From Leptogorgia sarmentosa (taxonomy: Eukaryota): a stretch of 64,000 bases of DNA. Positions 63,738 through 64,000 of the stretch are shown here, piece after piece. The first letter of the stretch is position 1, and every line of letters starts with the position of its first letter. Below the pieces are notes generated by a model. That model saw nothing but the letters and a program-made list of their open reading frames with translations. It searched no databases and was not told the DNA's origin. The position numbers and the translations under genes are program-made. The DNA lies in assembly GCA_964658305.1 (NCBI GenBank), contig OZ210885.1, forward strand, positions 3,100,001-3,164,000, in the 5' to 3' direction.

Positions 63738-64000
63738 GTAAGCGAAAATTATGAATTAATGCAGAGTCGTTCAATACAGGTAAAAGCATAAATAAATACA
63801 TGCATAAACTTTCTACGTATATATATTGAAAGATGAGACAAGATTCAACTTTTCAAGCAAAGGATCTTCTTGGGAGGATAGTTGTCAATGCTAAGTTGAA
63901 TTTTGTTTTATCGTTTACATAGTTGACGGAAAATTGATGTACTATAATTTGCTACTGTTCGTTACCCAGGGCCGTCGCTAGAACGTTAATTGGGAGGTGC

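Overview
Intron-rich, AT-rich animal genomic DNA. The repeat families and the PAN/EGF gene style look cnidarian, possibly octocoral, but that is inference only. (1) 356-12922, minus strand: the first 16 coding exons of AP-2 complex subunit alpha (AP2A). All have GT-AG boundaries and stay in frame, and the gene continues beyond the left edge. (2) ~14-51 kb: three tandem segmental duplicates, each carrying a gene for a secreted protein built as signal peptide + PAN/Apple-like domain + 10-nt micro-exon + 1 or 3 calcium-binding EGF repeats + C-terminal TLDc domain. A fourth copy starts at 61 kb; it is chimeric-looking and carries a nonsense codon. The last TLDc exon is hypervariable: by hand count, copies 2 and 3 differ at ~28 amino-acid-changing codons and only 2 synonymous-only codons. 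This points to a diversifying, secreted TLDc recognition family and is the best candidate for an undescribed system. (3) 51.2-56.1 kb, minus strand, inside the array: a bacterial-type chondroitinase ABC (PL8) gene with a spliceosomal signal-peptide exon and two in-frame TAA stops, i.e. a probable HGT-derived young pseudogene or null allele. (4) Many non-autonomous DNA transposons (hAT-type with 8-bp TSDs, TA-flanked elements, foldbacks), several of them at rearrangement breakpoints, plus (TTAAG)n arrays and a tRNA-like repeat. All coordinates and alignments were read by hand; no database searches were run.
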